The position numbers and the translations under genes are program-made. A stretch of DNA of 64,000 nt, taken from assembly GCA_950097015.1 (NCBI GenBank), contig CATNEN010000039.1, positions 1,550,001 to 1,614,000 of the forward strand, given 5' to 3'. This stretch comes from Macrostomum hystrix (lineage: Eukaryota > Animalia > Platyhelminthes). Under the pieces are notes generated by a model. That model saw only the letters and a program-made list of their open reading frames with translations. It had not been told where the DNA came from and did no database searches. The first letter of the stretch is position 1; each line of letters starts with the position of its first letter. Shown here one piece after another: positions 23,913 through 42,944 of the stretch.

Positions 23913-26805
23913 AGGGGAGTGGAACAGGATAAGAACGGGAAGGAATGGAGTAGTGGAAATGGAAATTATTCAGAGTAGAAGTGTGTGAGAGAAGGCTAGA
24001 GTATTTTAAATAGTGCTTAAATTTTATAAAAATGTGCTTTCGCGAAGCTGTCGTTGACTTTGAGAAGGGGACATTGTTACGGGCCCGATGATCCCACATG
24101 ACCATCGGTTCCAAGCCCCGCCTGCCTGGCTGGGTGCTCAGGGAACCTGCTCAGAGAATCCATGAGTTGGAGGGGCAGCTGTGCCGGAGTCGGGCAGCTA
24201 ACAGGCCGCAGTGGCAGATTCTCACAGAGCAAACAGGTGCGGCATGCTCTAAGGCATGTTTGCAACACCTGCTGGCGGCCCGCATAGTTCCCTTGAACTT
24301 CTGCAAGTGGGAGGCCTCAGAATCATATACAGTGCAGTGCAGCTGTCAGCTACCCGGTTTGAGCGGCATCTTCATTCAGCATCCAGTGAGATGCCCAGCT
24401 GCTCTGATTGGATAGTGCGAACTTTGGGCTGTAATACCCACTAGCTTTCACTTGCTGCCTCACACTCTCTTTACCACACTTCACTTGCACCCTCTCTCTA
24501 TCTTTCCATCCTTTCTCTTCCCTTTCTATCGGGCTCGGTCCGCTTTCTGTCCCTCTATCATCCCTTTCTACCCCTTTCTATCCCTCTCTTCCCTTTTTCG
24601 TCCTTCTCTCCCTCTCCTTTCTAGCCCCTCTCTTTCTTTTTTATCCTCTCTCTTCCCTTTCTACCCCACTGTCTATCTTTCTATCAGCTCTCCTTTCTCT
24701 CCGTCTCCTTTCTACCCCTCTGATTTCTACCCCTTTCACTCCCCAGCCGCTCAAGTTTGGTCTCAGAAGTTTTCAGCAGCCGCGCGGGTACTTGCAGAGG
24801 CAGCTGAGCAGAGACAGTTGTAAACAAATCAAACAACCAGCTGGGCCAAGTAGCCGCCATTAAAGGCCATAATGAGCGCCATAAACCAGGCAGCGCCAAT
24901 AGCCAACTGAGCCGGAACAGAGCCCAGCCAGCGCTTGCAGACTCAAATTAACCTGAGAAAGGTGAGCATATACTTATGCATGCAACGGAATAGAGTTAAA
25001 AATGTTTTTTTAATGTTACAATTTACTATGACTGTTAAAACGTTTTCAATCAAATTTAATATGTTTTAATACAAACAAGAAATAATTCCCAGGTACAGCC
25101 AGATTCCAGCCTGGCTGTGTAATATCCTTAATTATGCAGTGCATTCGAACTCAAAACCGCAGGCGCAAGGATGAGGAATTGTGAAAGTTAAAAATCCCCG
25201 TCCATGAAGTGCCCAGCCTGGGCTGGGATCTCTTCGACGCTGGAACTGGGGGAGAACTCACTCGCGCGTGCTCAAACACGGGTCTCGTGTGCAGTGCTCC
25301 GAAAAGTTCGGATACGGCAACGGGCAGGTTATCCGAGAGCTCACGTTAATGAGGCGGGGCTTGGTCAGGGCGACTGAAGCAGCTGAAATGCATTCTGAGA
25401 ATATATAGAAAACATTTCACTTTCAATTAGTAGGAGAGGGTGCTTAATTTCGGGGTAGATTTGAGTTTAATTATGGGTAGATTTTGCGTAGATTTTAAAG
25501 TCGATTTAGGGTTAGATTTTGAGGTAAACTTTGGGGTAGATTTTTGGGCAGATCTAATTCTAATCTGTCCTAAAGATTTGGAGTTAAAGTTGTAGCGAGA
25601 CTTTGGGTAAACTTTAGGGTAGAATTTTGGGTATATTTGGGATGTACTTTGAGTTGACTAAGCGGTAGATTTAGGGGAGATGGTGCGGAGATTTCAGTAG
25701 AGAACAGGTAGATTCAGGTTAATTTTTAGGGGAGATGTTGAGTTAATGAGACAGTCCCCATAGCGTCCAACAGGTGAAGCAAGACGCCCCAGTAGACTCC
25801 GTCGTGTTTATCATCGATTAATAGGGCAGGCCCAAATCTCCTAGGTAGACAGGGGTGCGTAGGCCAACCTCACTCCACTGTCTATCCGACGACTGGATCT
25901 GATTGGTGGAAACTAGCTGGTTTATCTTAAGCCCACCTCACCTCACTCTACTGCCTATCCGACGAAACGATCTGATTGGTTGAAAACAAGTAGCATCAAA
26001 TTTGGAAATATTTATCAGTCTCCAAGCTCTTCCTCGGCTGGTCGACAAGAAATCCAGTATAATTTTGCCAAATGTGTAACTTGTTCCAGATCCCGGAAGC
26101 GAAATATGTTTTCTAAAGTAGCTTTTGAATCCTCCAATTGAAAAACAAGTTAATAGTTCCGAAAGCATTCCAGAGCTTGAAAACAAAAAACGGGAGGGGA
26201 CACACGATTTGAATGAATCAATCGAAGACTGGATTGGAAAAGCTTTTTCTCATTTTCACTCGCACAGAAGGCAAGGCTGAAAAGCAAAACTTTTTTTGAA
26301 AACCAAAAATGTTTAGAACAAAGCAAATTAAAAAACATTGTCGATTGAAAACTTTGTTTAAAACAACCTAGCTCCGTTGAATTCCCCGAACTCTGTGAAA
26401 TTCTGGTCCTAGGCTGCGAAGCTGAACTATGATGAACTAAAGTCACATTTTATTATTTCACCGATTTAAAAGAATAAATTCGCAGGACTGGCAGTCACGC
26501 CATCGGCCTTGAAGCTCCCGTATTTGGCTACATCGGATCAGCCCTCTCTAGGTCTTCTTGCTAGTGAACACGAGCAGCACACTAAGTAAAAGAAACTACA
26601 CTGGGAGTGCCTGTGAGCACACTGTGAGATGTGAGAAGTAGCGCTGGAGTGAGTCGCTAGCATCTGAGTGGGAAGAAAAAATACAGGGCATTGGAAAAAA
26701 ATAGCGGAGTCACGATTTGTTTCAATTTCCGATCCCCGAGCTGCCGAAACTCAGTCTTACCTGCTGTCTAGCTGAAAATCTGGGCGTCTAATTGTAGGTG
26801 CAGTT

Positions 26806-26948
26806 GACACCTGGTAGGATAATGGCAGGTGCAATGGACATCTGGTAGGATAATGGCAGGTGCAATGGACATCTGGTAGGATAATGGCAGGTGCAATGGA
26901 CATCTGGTAGGATAATGGCAGGTGCAATGGACATCTGCTAGGATAATG
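26806..26948. repeat. 31-bp minisatellite
   Basis: Unit GACATCTGGTAGGATAATGGCAGGTGCAATG, about 4.5 copies. Confidence 0.9.
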
Positions 26949-27038
26949 ACAAGCCGCAGGCCCTGGGCCCGCCTGCCTTCGGGAGCGACCTGTGCGGAGT
27001 GAAGTACAGGCTGTACGGAGACGTCGGGAACTGGATGC

Positions 27039-28180
27039 GACACTGGAGAGATGAGACGCGGGAGAGATGAGATACGGGAGAGAGGAGACACTTGAGAGAT
27101 GAGATACGGGAGAGATGAGACACGGGAGAGATGAGATACTGGAGAGAGGAGACACGGGAGAGATGAGACACGGGAGAGAGGAGACACGGGAGAGAGGAGA
27201 CACGGGAGAGATGAGACACGGGAGAGATGAGACACTGGAGAGATGAGATACTGGAGAGATGAGATACGGGAGAGATAAGACACGGTAGAGATGAGACACT
27301 GGAGAGATGAGACACTGGAGAGATAAGACACGGTAGAGATGAGACACTGGAGAGATGAGACACTGGAGAGATGAGACACTGGAGAGATAAGACACGGTAG
27401 AGATGAGACACGGGAGAGATGAGACACTGGAGAGATGAGACACTGGAGAGATAAAACACTGGAGAGATGAGACACTGGAGAGATGAGACACTGGAGAGAT
27501 GAGACACGGTAGAGATGAGACACGGGAGAGATGAGATACTGGAGAGAGGAGACACGGGAGAGATGAGATACTGGAGAGAGGAGACACGGGAGAGATGAGA
27601 TAATGGAGAGAGGAGACACGGGAGAGAGGAGACACGGGAGAGATGAGATAATGGAGAGAGGAGACACTTGAGAGATGAGATACGGGAGAGATGAGATAAT
27701 GGAGAGAGGAGACACGGGAGAGAGGAGACACGGGAGAGAGGAGACACGGGAGAGATGAGACACTGGAGAGATGAGATACGGGAGAGATGAGACACGGGAG
27801 AGTAGAGACACGGGAGAGATGAGACACGGGAGAGATGAGATACTGGAGAGAGGAGACACGGGAGAGAGGAGACACGGGAGAGATGAGACACGGGAGAGAG
27901 GAGACACGGGAGAGATGAGACACGGGAGAGATGAGACACTGGAGAGATGAGATACGGGAGAGATGAGACACGGGAGAGATGAGACACGGGAGAGTAGAGA
28001 CACGGGAGAGATGAGACACGGGAGAGATGAGATACTGGAGAGAGGAGACACGGGAGAGAGGAGACACGGTAGAGATGAGACACGGGAGAGAGGAGACACG
28101 GTAGAGATGAGATACGGGAGAGATGAGACACGGGAGAGATGAGATACGGGAGAGATGAGATACGGGAGAGATGAGACACG
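27039..28180. repeat. Purine-rich satellite array B, same family and orientation as array A
   Basis: Same units as 18206-19146, including shared rare variants. Confidence 0.95.
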
Positions 28181-29957
28181 AAAAACAAGTCTGAGGCTCC
28201 AGTGTACCATAAAATATGCCATTGCGGTTGTGCCATTTAGAATTTAAAAGTAGATATATTATATAATATTTATTTATCATGAATCAAGATTTACGAACTG
28301 TAAAAAATGATACGCAATTATTATTCGCAAACAGGGGAGGTGGCTTTGCCCGCAAATAAAGCGATTTCCTTCGCCATGAAATCGAAAATCTATTTACTCT
28401 GCAGAGATGTACAGGCTAATAGTGAAGAATATAAAACTCATTAGGATCTTGAAATCGAATTCAGTTATTCAGATACATAAACAAGCGAGCTGAATCCCAA
28501 GCCCGTATAGTCACAAACTATTACAAGAGAATTTTATTATAGAAAGAAAAAAAAGAATAAAAAACAGTTCAGAAATTTGTCTTCGTTAAATATATGTAAG
28601 GAAATGACTGACGAACAAGTTACTGTAACGATTTAAATAAGGAGACAGAAAAAATAATTAAGCTTGTGTGAATCATCTGCTCATCCTGTTAATTTTTTAT
28701 TGATTTGTTATTGGTTAGCTTTGATTGAGACCCGCCAATGTACATTGGTGATCTGTACATATTGTTAATACGATCGGAGACGGAGTGAGGTGGTCGAGCG
28801 GACAGGGGCAGACAGAAAATGCCCCCAGCCAATCAGAGCCCGAGTGGCGGGTGGGAAATCCAAAAATAGCACACAGGTCAGCGCACGGGGCGGGACGCTG
28901 AGCTGCGGCAGCGACAGACACAAGAAGAAACGAATGGAGAAGCGCATTTTCTAGTTTAGCAGTTCAAAATAGTAATAATAATAATAGTTATAATAATAAT
29001 AAACAAAAACCGCCACGAAACAGCTAAACTAGAATCGAAGGAAAAGCAAGCAAAATAATCACAACTTGTGCAGTGTGGTTGTCCATCACTGAGTCTTGGG
29101 TAACAATAGAACTAAAAAACGAATAATGCCAGAAATCTTATCATCGAATTTCATGGCTAGACAGACGGTGAGACAGTTTTAGAAGCCAAGAAGGCGATTT
29201 CCACTGTTAAAGAAAGAATATATTTTGCGAGCAGGCGCACAGGACCGGAAGAAGCGCTTGAAATTAATTTGAAACAGTTTTAGGAGAGCAAATCTGTTTA
29301 AAAAAACTAGAAACTTTGCAACAGAAGAAGGTCTAAAAACAGGTGCGCAATGAAAGCTTGAAAGACAAGCCGATCGTGTCGATAATCAACAAACAATGCG
29401 CCAGCCGCCTAGATAAGTGTCTCGGGGCCGGTTATGGAATCTTAATTAAGGAAGATGAGCTTTAAACATTCGCATTAGAAAACGGGTAACAAAATCTAAG
29501 CAATTGGGGAGGATAGAATTATCTGCAAATCTGCTACACTGATAATAGCATGTGGGCGTGCGATTGTGTGTACAAATCAGAAAATAATAATTGCGCATAT
29601 TCAAGGCGACAGTTACTCAGTACCAATGGGAATCATGCGCCACCGCTTTGCTTGACAGAAGAAATCAGCGATCTACTTATCTATGATGAAGTCCATGGGA
29701 TACGAATTCTAGGGAATTCTTTCTGGGATTTTAACTCTTGAGAATTTTATCTGGGATTTTAATACTGAGGATTTTAAAGGAATTAAAGCAGCAAGCGGTG
29801 CGTCTGGTGCAGACTCGGTGGCGTCATCAAAGCAATATTCCCGCACGGAAAGGGGCGGAAAGCAGTCGGATAGACCATTAAAGACGGTTGCTACGAAGTT
29901 TTGAACGCAGAGTCAATTTTCTGAGATGGAGAAAGAGTAATGAGGAGCACACGGCTG

Positions 29958-35332
<5,375 letters not shown>

Positions 35333-36515
35333 CTGCAATAGGCAAACAGTCAGAATGTAGATCTGCTAAAACTGGCTACAGCAACATATTCAAGAATAAG
35401 ATAATGGCAATTGTGACATGACTCATTAAGCGCCATCTACTCAACAAACAAGCCACCTAGACCTACAGTAGTAAGTGGTACCCACTTTCCCAAGTAAATT
35501 TACAACACATTATTATATATATATAAATTAAACTTTGCCTTTTAAGTTAAGATCCTAAATCCAGAGGGATAAAAAATTGACATCTGAGGATTTAGGATTC
35601 ATAATTATGGGGATCAAAAAATATGAAACCTGAGGACTTAGGCAATCAGTCATAAAAGGGTAAGAACTTTTATTCTTATCTATATAATGAGAGTTAACAC
35701 TTTAGATTGTGAAAACTAAAACAATGGGGATAGTTTCAGAATTATTAGCACAAAATTATGGGGATCAGCTTTGTGTTTAGTAAAAGAATACAGACACACT
35801 AGCAATTTATATTATATTAGATCATGTACACAATAAATGGCAATATTATTGGTCTCTGTCCATTTTATTGCATAGAGACCAAAAAGGGAGACTAGGTACT
35901 ATAAAGGCTAGGCACCAATAAAGTTATATGAAAAGAAAAAAATTGGCTATACCAGTAACAATGATAGATTAATACTTGTAGAAAAAGCTGCTTGTGTACC
36001 ACACTGAGGATTATGCTATGCAGCATGTACTGAAAATTTTGGGGACATATTCAAGACATACATGGTTACATTTGTGCTTTATTATTTATTTTCATTTTAT
36101 AAAACAAAAAATCATACTTATAAATTTGTATAAAGCTTGATTTTGAAAAAAAAACTAAAAAAACTGCAACATTTCTATCTTTTATATATAACCATGACTG
36201 AGGTGCATTTGAAAAGCCTTTGTGATGCTTAAAATGTCCCAAAAATAGCAGATAACACATTAATTTTGTAAGCACTGAAACTTAGGTTGATGGCCTTAAC
36301 CCCAGAAGATTTAAGCCTTAGCTTGCAACCGTGTCCAAGCTAAGCTCTGTTCTTACCGCTAGGCCTACCTATCATATTATTTTCATCATATTAAAAAACA
36401 TTTTTAGTGTTATGAATTTTTTTTCTGCAAGTGAAAATGTCTCCAGCAATGTTCCAAGAGCTTTTGCAAGGTTTTGGCAGCACCATACCAACTGAGCAGA
36501 CAGTTTGCAAATGAT

Positions 36516-37164
36516 AGGGTAATGTATCATCAACCGAACAGTGTATCCTCAAAACCGAACAAGAATTTTGACTCCTTCCTTGGTCTCGTGCAAGACAGAA
36601 ACAAGCTATTGTGTTTCACAGAACAACTAATTTGAAAGTAGAAGAAATTATCTACAAGCTGAGGCATGATGTGCAATAAAGCATTAAGAGGAAAGAAAGA
36701 TATTGATGTTTCAGTAGAAATTTTTATTGCAAAAGCATACTATTTAACAACATTTTTTCAGTATATACTTTAGACAAAGATTGTATGTGGTTGCTAGCCA
36801 ATTAAATGACCATAAATGTAGTTATTTATAGAGCATGAAAAAATCTTTCTAATGACATAATTCATGATAGTTCACTCCTTAAAATAAGATTAAACCACTC
36901 ACTCGAATTGTAAAACCAAACATCAAATTCTCTGTTTGGTTTGAAGATACATGGAAATCATTGTTCGGTTTTAGATAAAAAGCAGGAATAACCTTTTTCT
37001 ATTTGACAAAATAGCAAAAGCAGAAACTTTTTAGAAAGATGAAACTGTTTTCTATAACTTGGCTTTTGATTTATCATCATATCTTAAATAGAAAATCTGT
37101 AGCTTAGCCTTAGGTTTGAAGTTAAAAAATACACATTCTTGTTTGGTTGATGATACATTACCCT
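36516..37164. mobile_element. Degenerate MITE
   Basis: TIRs AGGGTAATGTATCATCAACCGAACA / TGTTTGGTTGATGATACATTACCCT with internal (A)ACCGAACA subrepeats in both orientations. No clear TSD. Confidence 0.65.
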
Positions 37165-38636
37165 TCTGGTTGTTTATGGAAAGGAGAGAAAGCATAGAAG
37201 ACAATGATCATTCAGGAAGGCCAATGGCTACCACCAAAAAGACTATGATGAAGAAAGTCAAAGAGCTCCTCATGAGATGTTGGTTGGAAACAGACATGCA
37301 AAGAGCTGGCTGGCAGAAGAGGTTGTAGTATCAGTTGGAAGTATGTAGGTATACTATACCACACAGATATTATTTGTACATCAGATACTATCAGATCATT
37401 TGATATGGAATTAGTTGTTAGGCCCTACCCAAGTGGCTGTTACCGAAGTGGACTGTTACCATGTAGAAGAACCTAGCTAGACTTTGTTTTAATGAAATCT
37501 GTATGACATGTGATGCCAGAGCTAGCACGCTGCAGGCTTATTCCATAGCCCAGCAGCTACGAACAATCATCAATAAAAATTACTATAATAAATAAAAGAA
37601 AGCTAGCCTAGGACTAGGTAAACTGAAATAAAAGAATTAGGCCTAGGTAAGCGATTGTTGTGAAACTTATATCAAATGAGAAATTGGTCGAAGAACCGCA
37701 AGTGAAAAGTATTCAGCATTGTATTTTGTTAGGTATCTGTCAACTCTAGGCCAATAGTAGAACCACAAATTTTGAAATTTGTAACTAACCGTCTTCGCAA
37801 TTCAGTAGATAATCACATTTCTGTTTCCCAAATATTAAGGCCTGCAACTACAATTGGTAATTCTAAAAATGTGAAACACGAAGACAAGGAGTGAAAACAA
37901 CAAATAACTAACATTCTAAATAATCGCTACAATAATGCAATCGGGCCATGCTTAAAATTATCTTGTTAATTTTTTCACTCACTACAATGGACTTGTTTTT
38001 AGTAGCACGAATACTCAGTACATTGACTTTGTTTTTTTCATCCACATTACTAATTATATTATTACGCTTACGAATCTGTCAATCGCAACTGTTATTTATT
38101 TATTTGCTTGCTTTATCTAGTCATCCTTAAACTATTTCATAAGAGAAGTCTCAGTATGGAAAAATAGTCGCATTGTTTTCCTGAAAAGGTCAGAGCTAAT
38201 TATAATAGTTTTTTTCGGTGTCAAGCGTTTCAGTTCACGATTCGCTTATCGTGCGTTGAAAGACAATATTCCAAGAAACCAATATATTTTCGACCGCGAA
38301 AAAATGTATCTATTTTTATGAACCATTACTTTTGTATTTTAGCATTTATCACTAAGTGAATTTGATAGGTAGGAAGTACTGCATGAGTTTTTTTCGTAGG
38401 TTCAATTTTTTGACGATTTAAAGGGTATTAAACGCAAACTTTTTATTAGATTTGTGTTAACCACTGATTTCAATGCTGACTTGTTTTACCTGCATTGTTC
38501 TAGTATGCGTAGCGAAGTAAACAAAACAATCGAAGTTTCAAACCAACGTCTCTTTATTTTTAACTAAATAAAATTTCTAATCAGCTATAAAGTTTACTTA
38601 GGGACCAGTTTGCCGGCTGCAGGACCTAATGTTCTG

Positions 38637-39063
38637 ATGAGTGGGTCTTTCAGCGCATTGTTTTCCGCATGGTTTTCCGCATGGTTTTCCGCACGGTTTT
38701 TTTTCCGTGTAAAAATTAAAAAAATTTTGTATGGTGTAAAAATTACTGTGAAACTGTAATTTAATTTAATGGATGGTATGATATGACCTGGTATAGTATT
38801 AATCTTGTATGATGAAGTAGTCTATATGTTAGCATATGACATGATATGGCATGATCTGGTAAGATATGACCTAGTATCATATAATCTTGTATGATATAGT
38901 TGTTAGAATCTCTTTCATATGTTTGCTAAAAATTTTACCAAGGATTATTGCAGCACATGAGTGCTTTATTCAAGTCAGCATGATGCAAAAATACAGGAAA
39001 AAAACCATGCGGAAAACCATGCGGAAAACCATGCGGAAAACAATGCGGTGAAAGATTTACACG
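38637..39063. mobile_element. MITE with a 10-bp TSD (Mutator-like length)
   Basis: About 65-bp TIRs made of 12-bp TTTTCCGCATGG subrepeats. Direct repeat TAATGTTCTG at 38627-38636 and 39064-39073. Confidence 0.75.
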
Positions 39064-39273
39064 TAATGTTCTGCTCAATTTGGAGCAGCCGAACTCGCAA
39101 ATCTTAAGCCAATCAGCCGCATTGAGGCCTGAGGCCTCGGACCAGGCAGTCACTAGCAGAACGTCGGTAGCCAAGCCGCAGCTGAGAAGCCTTTGTGACG
39201 ATGGTGCTGATGGTCCTGACGATCAGTGGCTGATCTGCTGCCTTATTAACAGGCCGGTGGCTGGTGGCCGCAG

Positions 39274-39362
39274 GTGACTGAGGAACTCTGTGACTGAGGA
39301 ACTCTGTGACTGAGGAACTCTGTGACCGAGGAACTCTGTGACTGAGGAACTCTGTGACTCTG
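39274..39362. repeat. 16-bp minisatellite
   Basis: TGACTGAGGAACTCTG, 5 copies. Confidence 0.9.
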
Positions 39363-40042
39363 TTACTTCGTAACAAAGGAGCTCTGTGATTAAAAAATAG
39401 ATCAAAAAATATTCGCAGCAAAGGAAAGTTTTGAATGACAGGCATGAAATACAATCACCAGGCATGTTGGTTCCATGAAAATTTTTATTGAGCCCGTTGT
39501 TAAGGACTGAAAAAACGAAAATAAATTAAGTATTCTTTTTTTCAATGACCAAATAAAAATATAATCAGAAAAAATAGAACAACAAAACGATTTTTATGTC
39601 TGCGATTATCAGATACATAATCTTATTCAAATTTTCAAAAATATTTAACAAACTTTCATTTGCTTTTATACCTGGACGAGGTAATATTATATAAGCATTA
39701 TTAAAGTGAATTATTACGTCGAAAGAAACAAAATACAGAGAGAAGGCGAAAGCTCTAGCTGCTTATTAGCAGTAGTGCGAAAACCGGTCAAAAATTATTA
39801 TTGCTATTAGCTACTTAAAGTAGCGGCAAAGTTGCCATCACGCATCAGTAGGAGATTTGGAGCTCTCGTTGGTTGAAGCAACTCTTACTTATCTGTGATG
39901 GGATCATTCACAGAATCACAAGGCGTGAAAAGAAGGGCAGAAAACAAGTCCTCTATATTCAAATGATAAACTGCATTCTAGTCCCGTAATTCCAAATATC
40001 CCAAAATTCCAGCCTAATCCCAGATCCCTAATCCGATGAACC

Positions 40043-41591
40043 TCACGCCTGCGCTGCCCAGCCTCCCGGGCAGTGCTCGCTGATGAGGCGCTGGTCAGGT
40101 GAGGCGGTGGGAGCTGCGGGCGACCGGCTTGGCCGTTGCCGTCTTGGCGGTAGCGCCGGTGGCACCAGGATGGCGGGCACGGGGGCCTCACCCTCGTTAG
40201 GCCCCTGCAAGTAGTCGTTGTCGGCGCTGCCGACAGTCACGATCGGTAGCGACAGTAGTGATGGCAGCTGCAGTTGCCGCCGCTGCTGTTGCTGCTGCTC
40301 GAGTGTATTCTCCAAGGAGGACGACTGGGAGACGTCTGGCATCAGGCTTGCGCTGTTGTCGAAGCTGACGTTTGAGGCAAGTGTTGGCGGAGCACTGATT
40401 ACCTCCGATCTGCTCCAACTGTCTCCTCCCCTGTCTCCCCCTGTCTCCCCCCTGTCTCCTCCCCTGTCTCCTACCCTGTCTCCTACCCTGTCTCCTAACC
40501 TGTCTCCTCCCCTGTCTCCCCCTGTCTCCTCCCCTGTCTCCTCCCCTGTCTCCCCCTGTCTCCTCCCCTGTCTCCCACCCTGTCCCCTACCCTGTCTCCT
40601 CCCCTGTCTCCTCCTCTGTCTCCTCCCCTGTCTCGTCCCGTCTCCTCCTCTGTCTCCTACACTGTCTCGTCCTCTGTCTCCTACACTGTCTCGTCCCCTG
40701 TCTCCTCCCCTGTCTCGTCCCCTGTCTCCTCCCCTGTCTCGTCCCCTGTCTACTCCCCTGTCTCCAACACTGTCTCCTCCTTAAGCCTTCTGTATTATTA
40801 TTCTGTGCTATTATTATTTTCATTTCCTACTTTGCTTATTTCCCAGTCAATACAGCTTTTACCTGACAAAGGAGGATGGCATTTTTCCCATGTCATAGCT
40901 GGTCACTCTTTGGCGGCAGCAGTGCTTCAGCATGTACAGCAGAGTGGTCAGGATCAGCGCACAGCCTGGCTCCCGATTGGTAAGAGGTGAGGGATGGCAT
41001 AAAAATGAGCTTTTAGGTAGAAACATTTACGAATCTTATTTGGTTTTATCTATAATACTAAGCTCCCTATTTAGTATTAGTTTTTTAGTATTTACTTTGT
41101 ATAATAAGTAGTTCTAAGAATCTGATTTTGTATCTCTAAGAATCAGTTTTACTACGAATGCGATTTGGTATTTCTAAGAATCTGATGTGTTATTTCTAAG
41201 AATCTAATACAGTCCGCTTGGCCAGCTCACCCGGCACAACCGGCAGCCAGTACTTGTCTAGGCGCACAAAGCAAGTCACGGTGAGCAGGGCGTACAGCAC
41301 AGCCCGCTTGTAGGTGTCCAGCCCAACCGGCAGGCACTCGACCCAGCGGCACCTGATGCAGCTGTTGCGTGGCAGGACAAGAAAGAATAGCGTGGCGGCC
41401 TCCAGCGCCGTCACCAATCCGGCATCCGTGAGCAGCAGAGCCCCAGTAAGCTGGTGTCCGAAGTGCATGGCCTCAGCGCCGACGCCCCAAAGGAGCACGG
41501 ATGTTGTCGTGGCAACTAGACAGCTGAAGTAGGCTAGCAGCCGCTGCGACAGAGAAGGAAGATTCGAATCCATTCCGCCGGGAGCCGTCAT
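40043..41591 (-). CDS. TMEM72: TMEM72-like four-TM protein (3 exons, about 279 aa)
   Basis: Exons 41591-41231, 40965-40863, 40418-40043, phase-consistent, total 840 nt. ATTTSVLLWGVGAEAM, YKRAVLYALLTVTCF and WLPVVPGCALILTTLLY resemble the TMEM72 family pattern as I recall it. The exon 3 acceptor and 3' end are uncertain. Confidence 0.7.
40419..40780. repeat. 12-bp minisatellite in TMEM72-like intron 2
   Basis: CTGTCTCCTCCC, about 30 copies, abutting the exon 3 acceptor. Confidence 0.95.
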
Positions 41592-41737
41592 ATTGTTCTA
41601 CTATACAACTGAAGTCTCACTAACTGAAAGTAATTGATATCGTTGTAGCTAGAAGCGAAACAAAAAACGCTAAGTTCAGTTTGAGTGCGCACACATCGCA
41701 GAGCTCGCTGGTTGTGGCATGACTGACGCGATTGGTT

Positions 41738-42432
41738 ATGGCTAGGTTCGAGAGACATGTAGTACTGTTAGCGCGGCGTGGGGTGGGTGACTGGGTGTGG
41801 CGGCCACGGAAACTTGTTCGGGTGAGCTTCACAGGACGCGGTTGGGGCGGGTGACTGCGCGGGGGACGGAATTATTTGGGGTGGGTGTGGCTTGCCAGCC
41901 TTGGCTCAATCTTAGCCCGCGGCCTCCGCCTCAGTAGCATCTGATAAAACGCTGGCTTCTAGCCAATCGGGGCGGGAGTAAATTTCCGCGATGATAATCA
42001 ACATGAGCTGACTACTGTTATTGGCGTTTTGGACGTACATTCGTAAAAAAACTTAAATTCAAGCTACATTTAGCGTGCAAAGATTTTTTAGAAGTAAGGA
42101 AAAGCTCTACATCTCTTCCAAAGCTCTTCCAAAGCTCTACAAAAGCTCTTCCAAAGCTCTACAAAAGCTCTTCCAAAGCTCTACAAAAGGTCACTGTCGG
42201 CATCACCGACAGTGACTTCTTCTTGGTCACCAGGATGCAGGGCCAAGCAGGCATGCCGCCGTACTTTTCCTGCAGCTTTTCGGCCTCCACCGACAGAGGC
42301 CGCACCTTTTTGGTCGAGATTGTCGAGTCTGACTTTACCAACGCTCAGCTGGTCATCAAATCTGACTGGCGCGCACTGCTCAGAGTCTGTCCTTACGAGT
42401 CCAGCCTGGTCACCAAGGATAATGTGCTTCAG
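41738..42432 (+). CDS. First two exons of an unidentified protein; 3' exons not found
   Basis: 41738-41821 (MARFERHVVLLARRGVGDWVWRPRKLVR, donor GTGAGC) joins in phase 0 to 42190-42432 (VTVGITDSDFFLVTR...KDNVLQ, donor GTCAGG). Exon 2 has host-like GC3 codon bias. Confidence 0.5.
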
Positions 42433-42944
42433 GTCAGGCTTAAATGATTGGGATTGTGGTAAGCTAGAGAACTTATTAGCATGACAAACTCGCCAGCAAT
42501 TCGCTTCTCCCAACCTGACTTTGCAGGTGCAATTTGAATCACAATCCAGTGTGACAGTCTCACAATCCAGTGTGACAGTCTCACAATCCAGTGTGACAGT
42601 CTCATAATCTACATTTTCTTGAGTTCCAAAATCAGTCTGAGTCTAAGCAGGTATCTAATAGACCGAGAATTTAGGATATTGAGGATATCAGTTTTGAGTT
42701 ATAATTATAAAAAATTGCTTTTTGCCAATCTAATCTTTTGTTGATAATCAGTGAGAATAGTAAAACAAGAAATATGCTTATGAAAAAAAATATGCTAGCC
42801 AGTTGATTCGGTGCTTTAAGCAGGAAGTTTGCTGACTTATAGCGCAGTATAGTCAGCAACAGTGCCTGCAGCTTGTTCATCTTTGGGGTTGAATCCGTTG
42901 ATTGCTGATATCAACAGAGAACTAAGGCAGCAGTGAACTAATGC

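Noticed and set aside
23595-24740. Purine tract (23.6-23.9 kb) and complementary pyrimidine tract (24.5-24.7 kb) as TIRs of an element
   Set aside because: Only low-complexity similarity, with no defined ends or TSD.
12293-28280. 300-500-aa ORFs at 12.3-13.3, 18.1-19.5 and 26.8-28.3 kb
   Set aside because: Open in several frames at once and coincide with stop-free satellite units.
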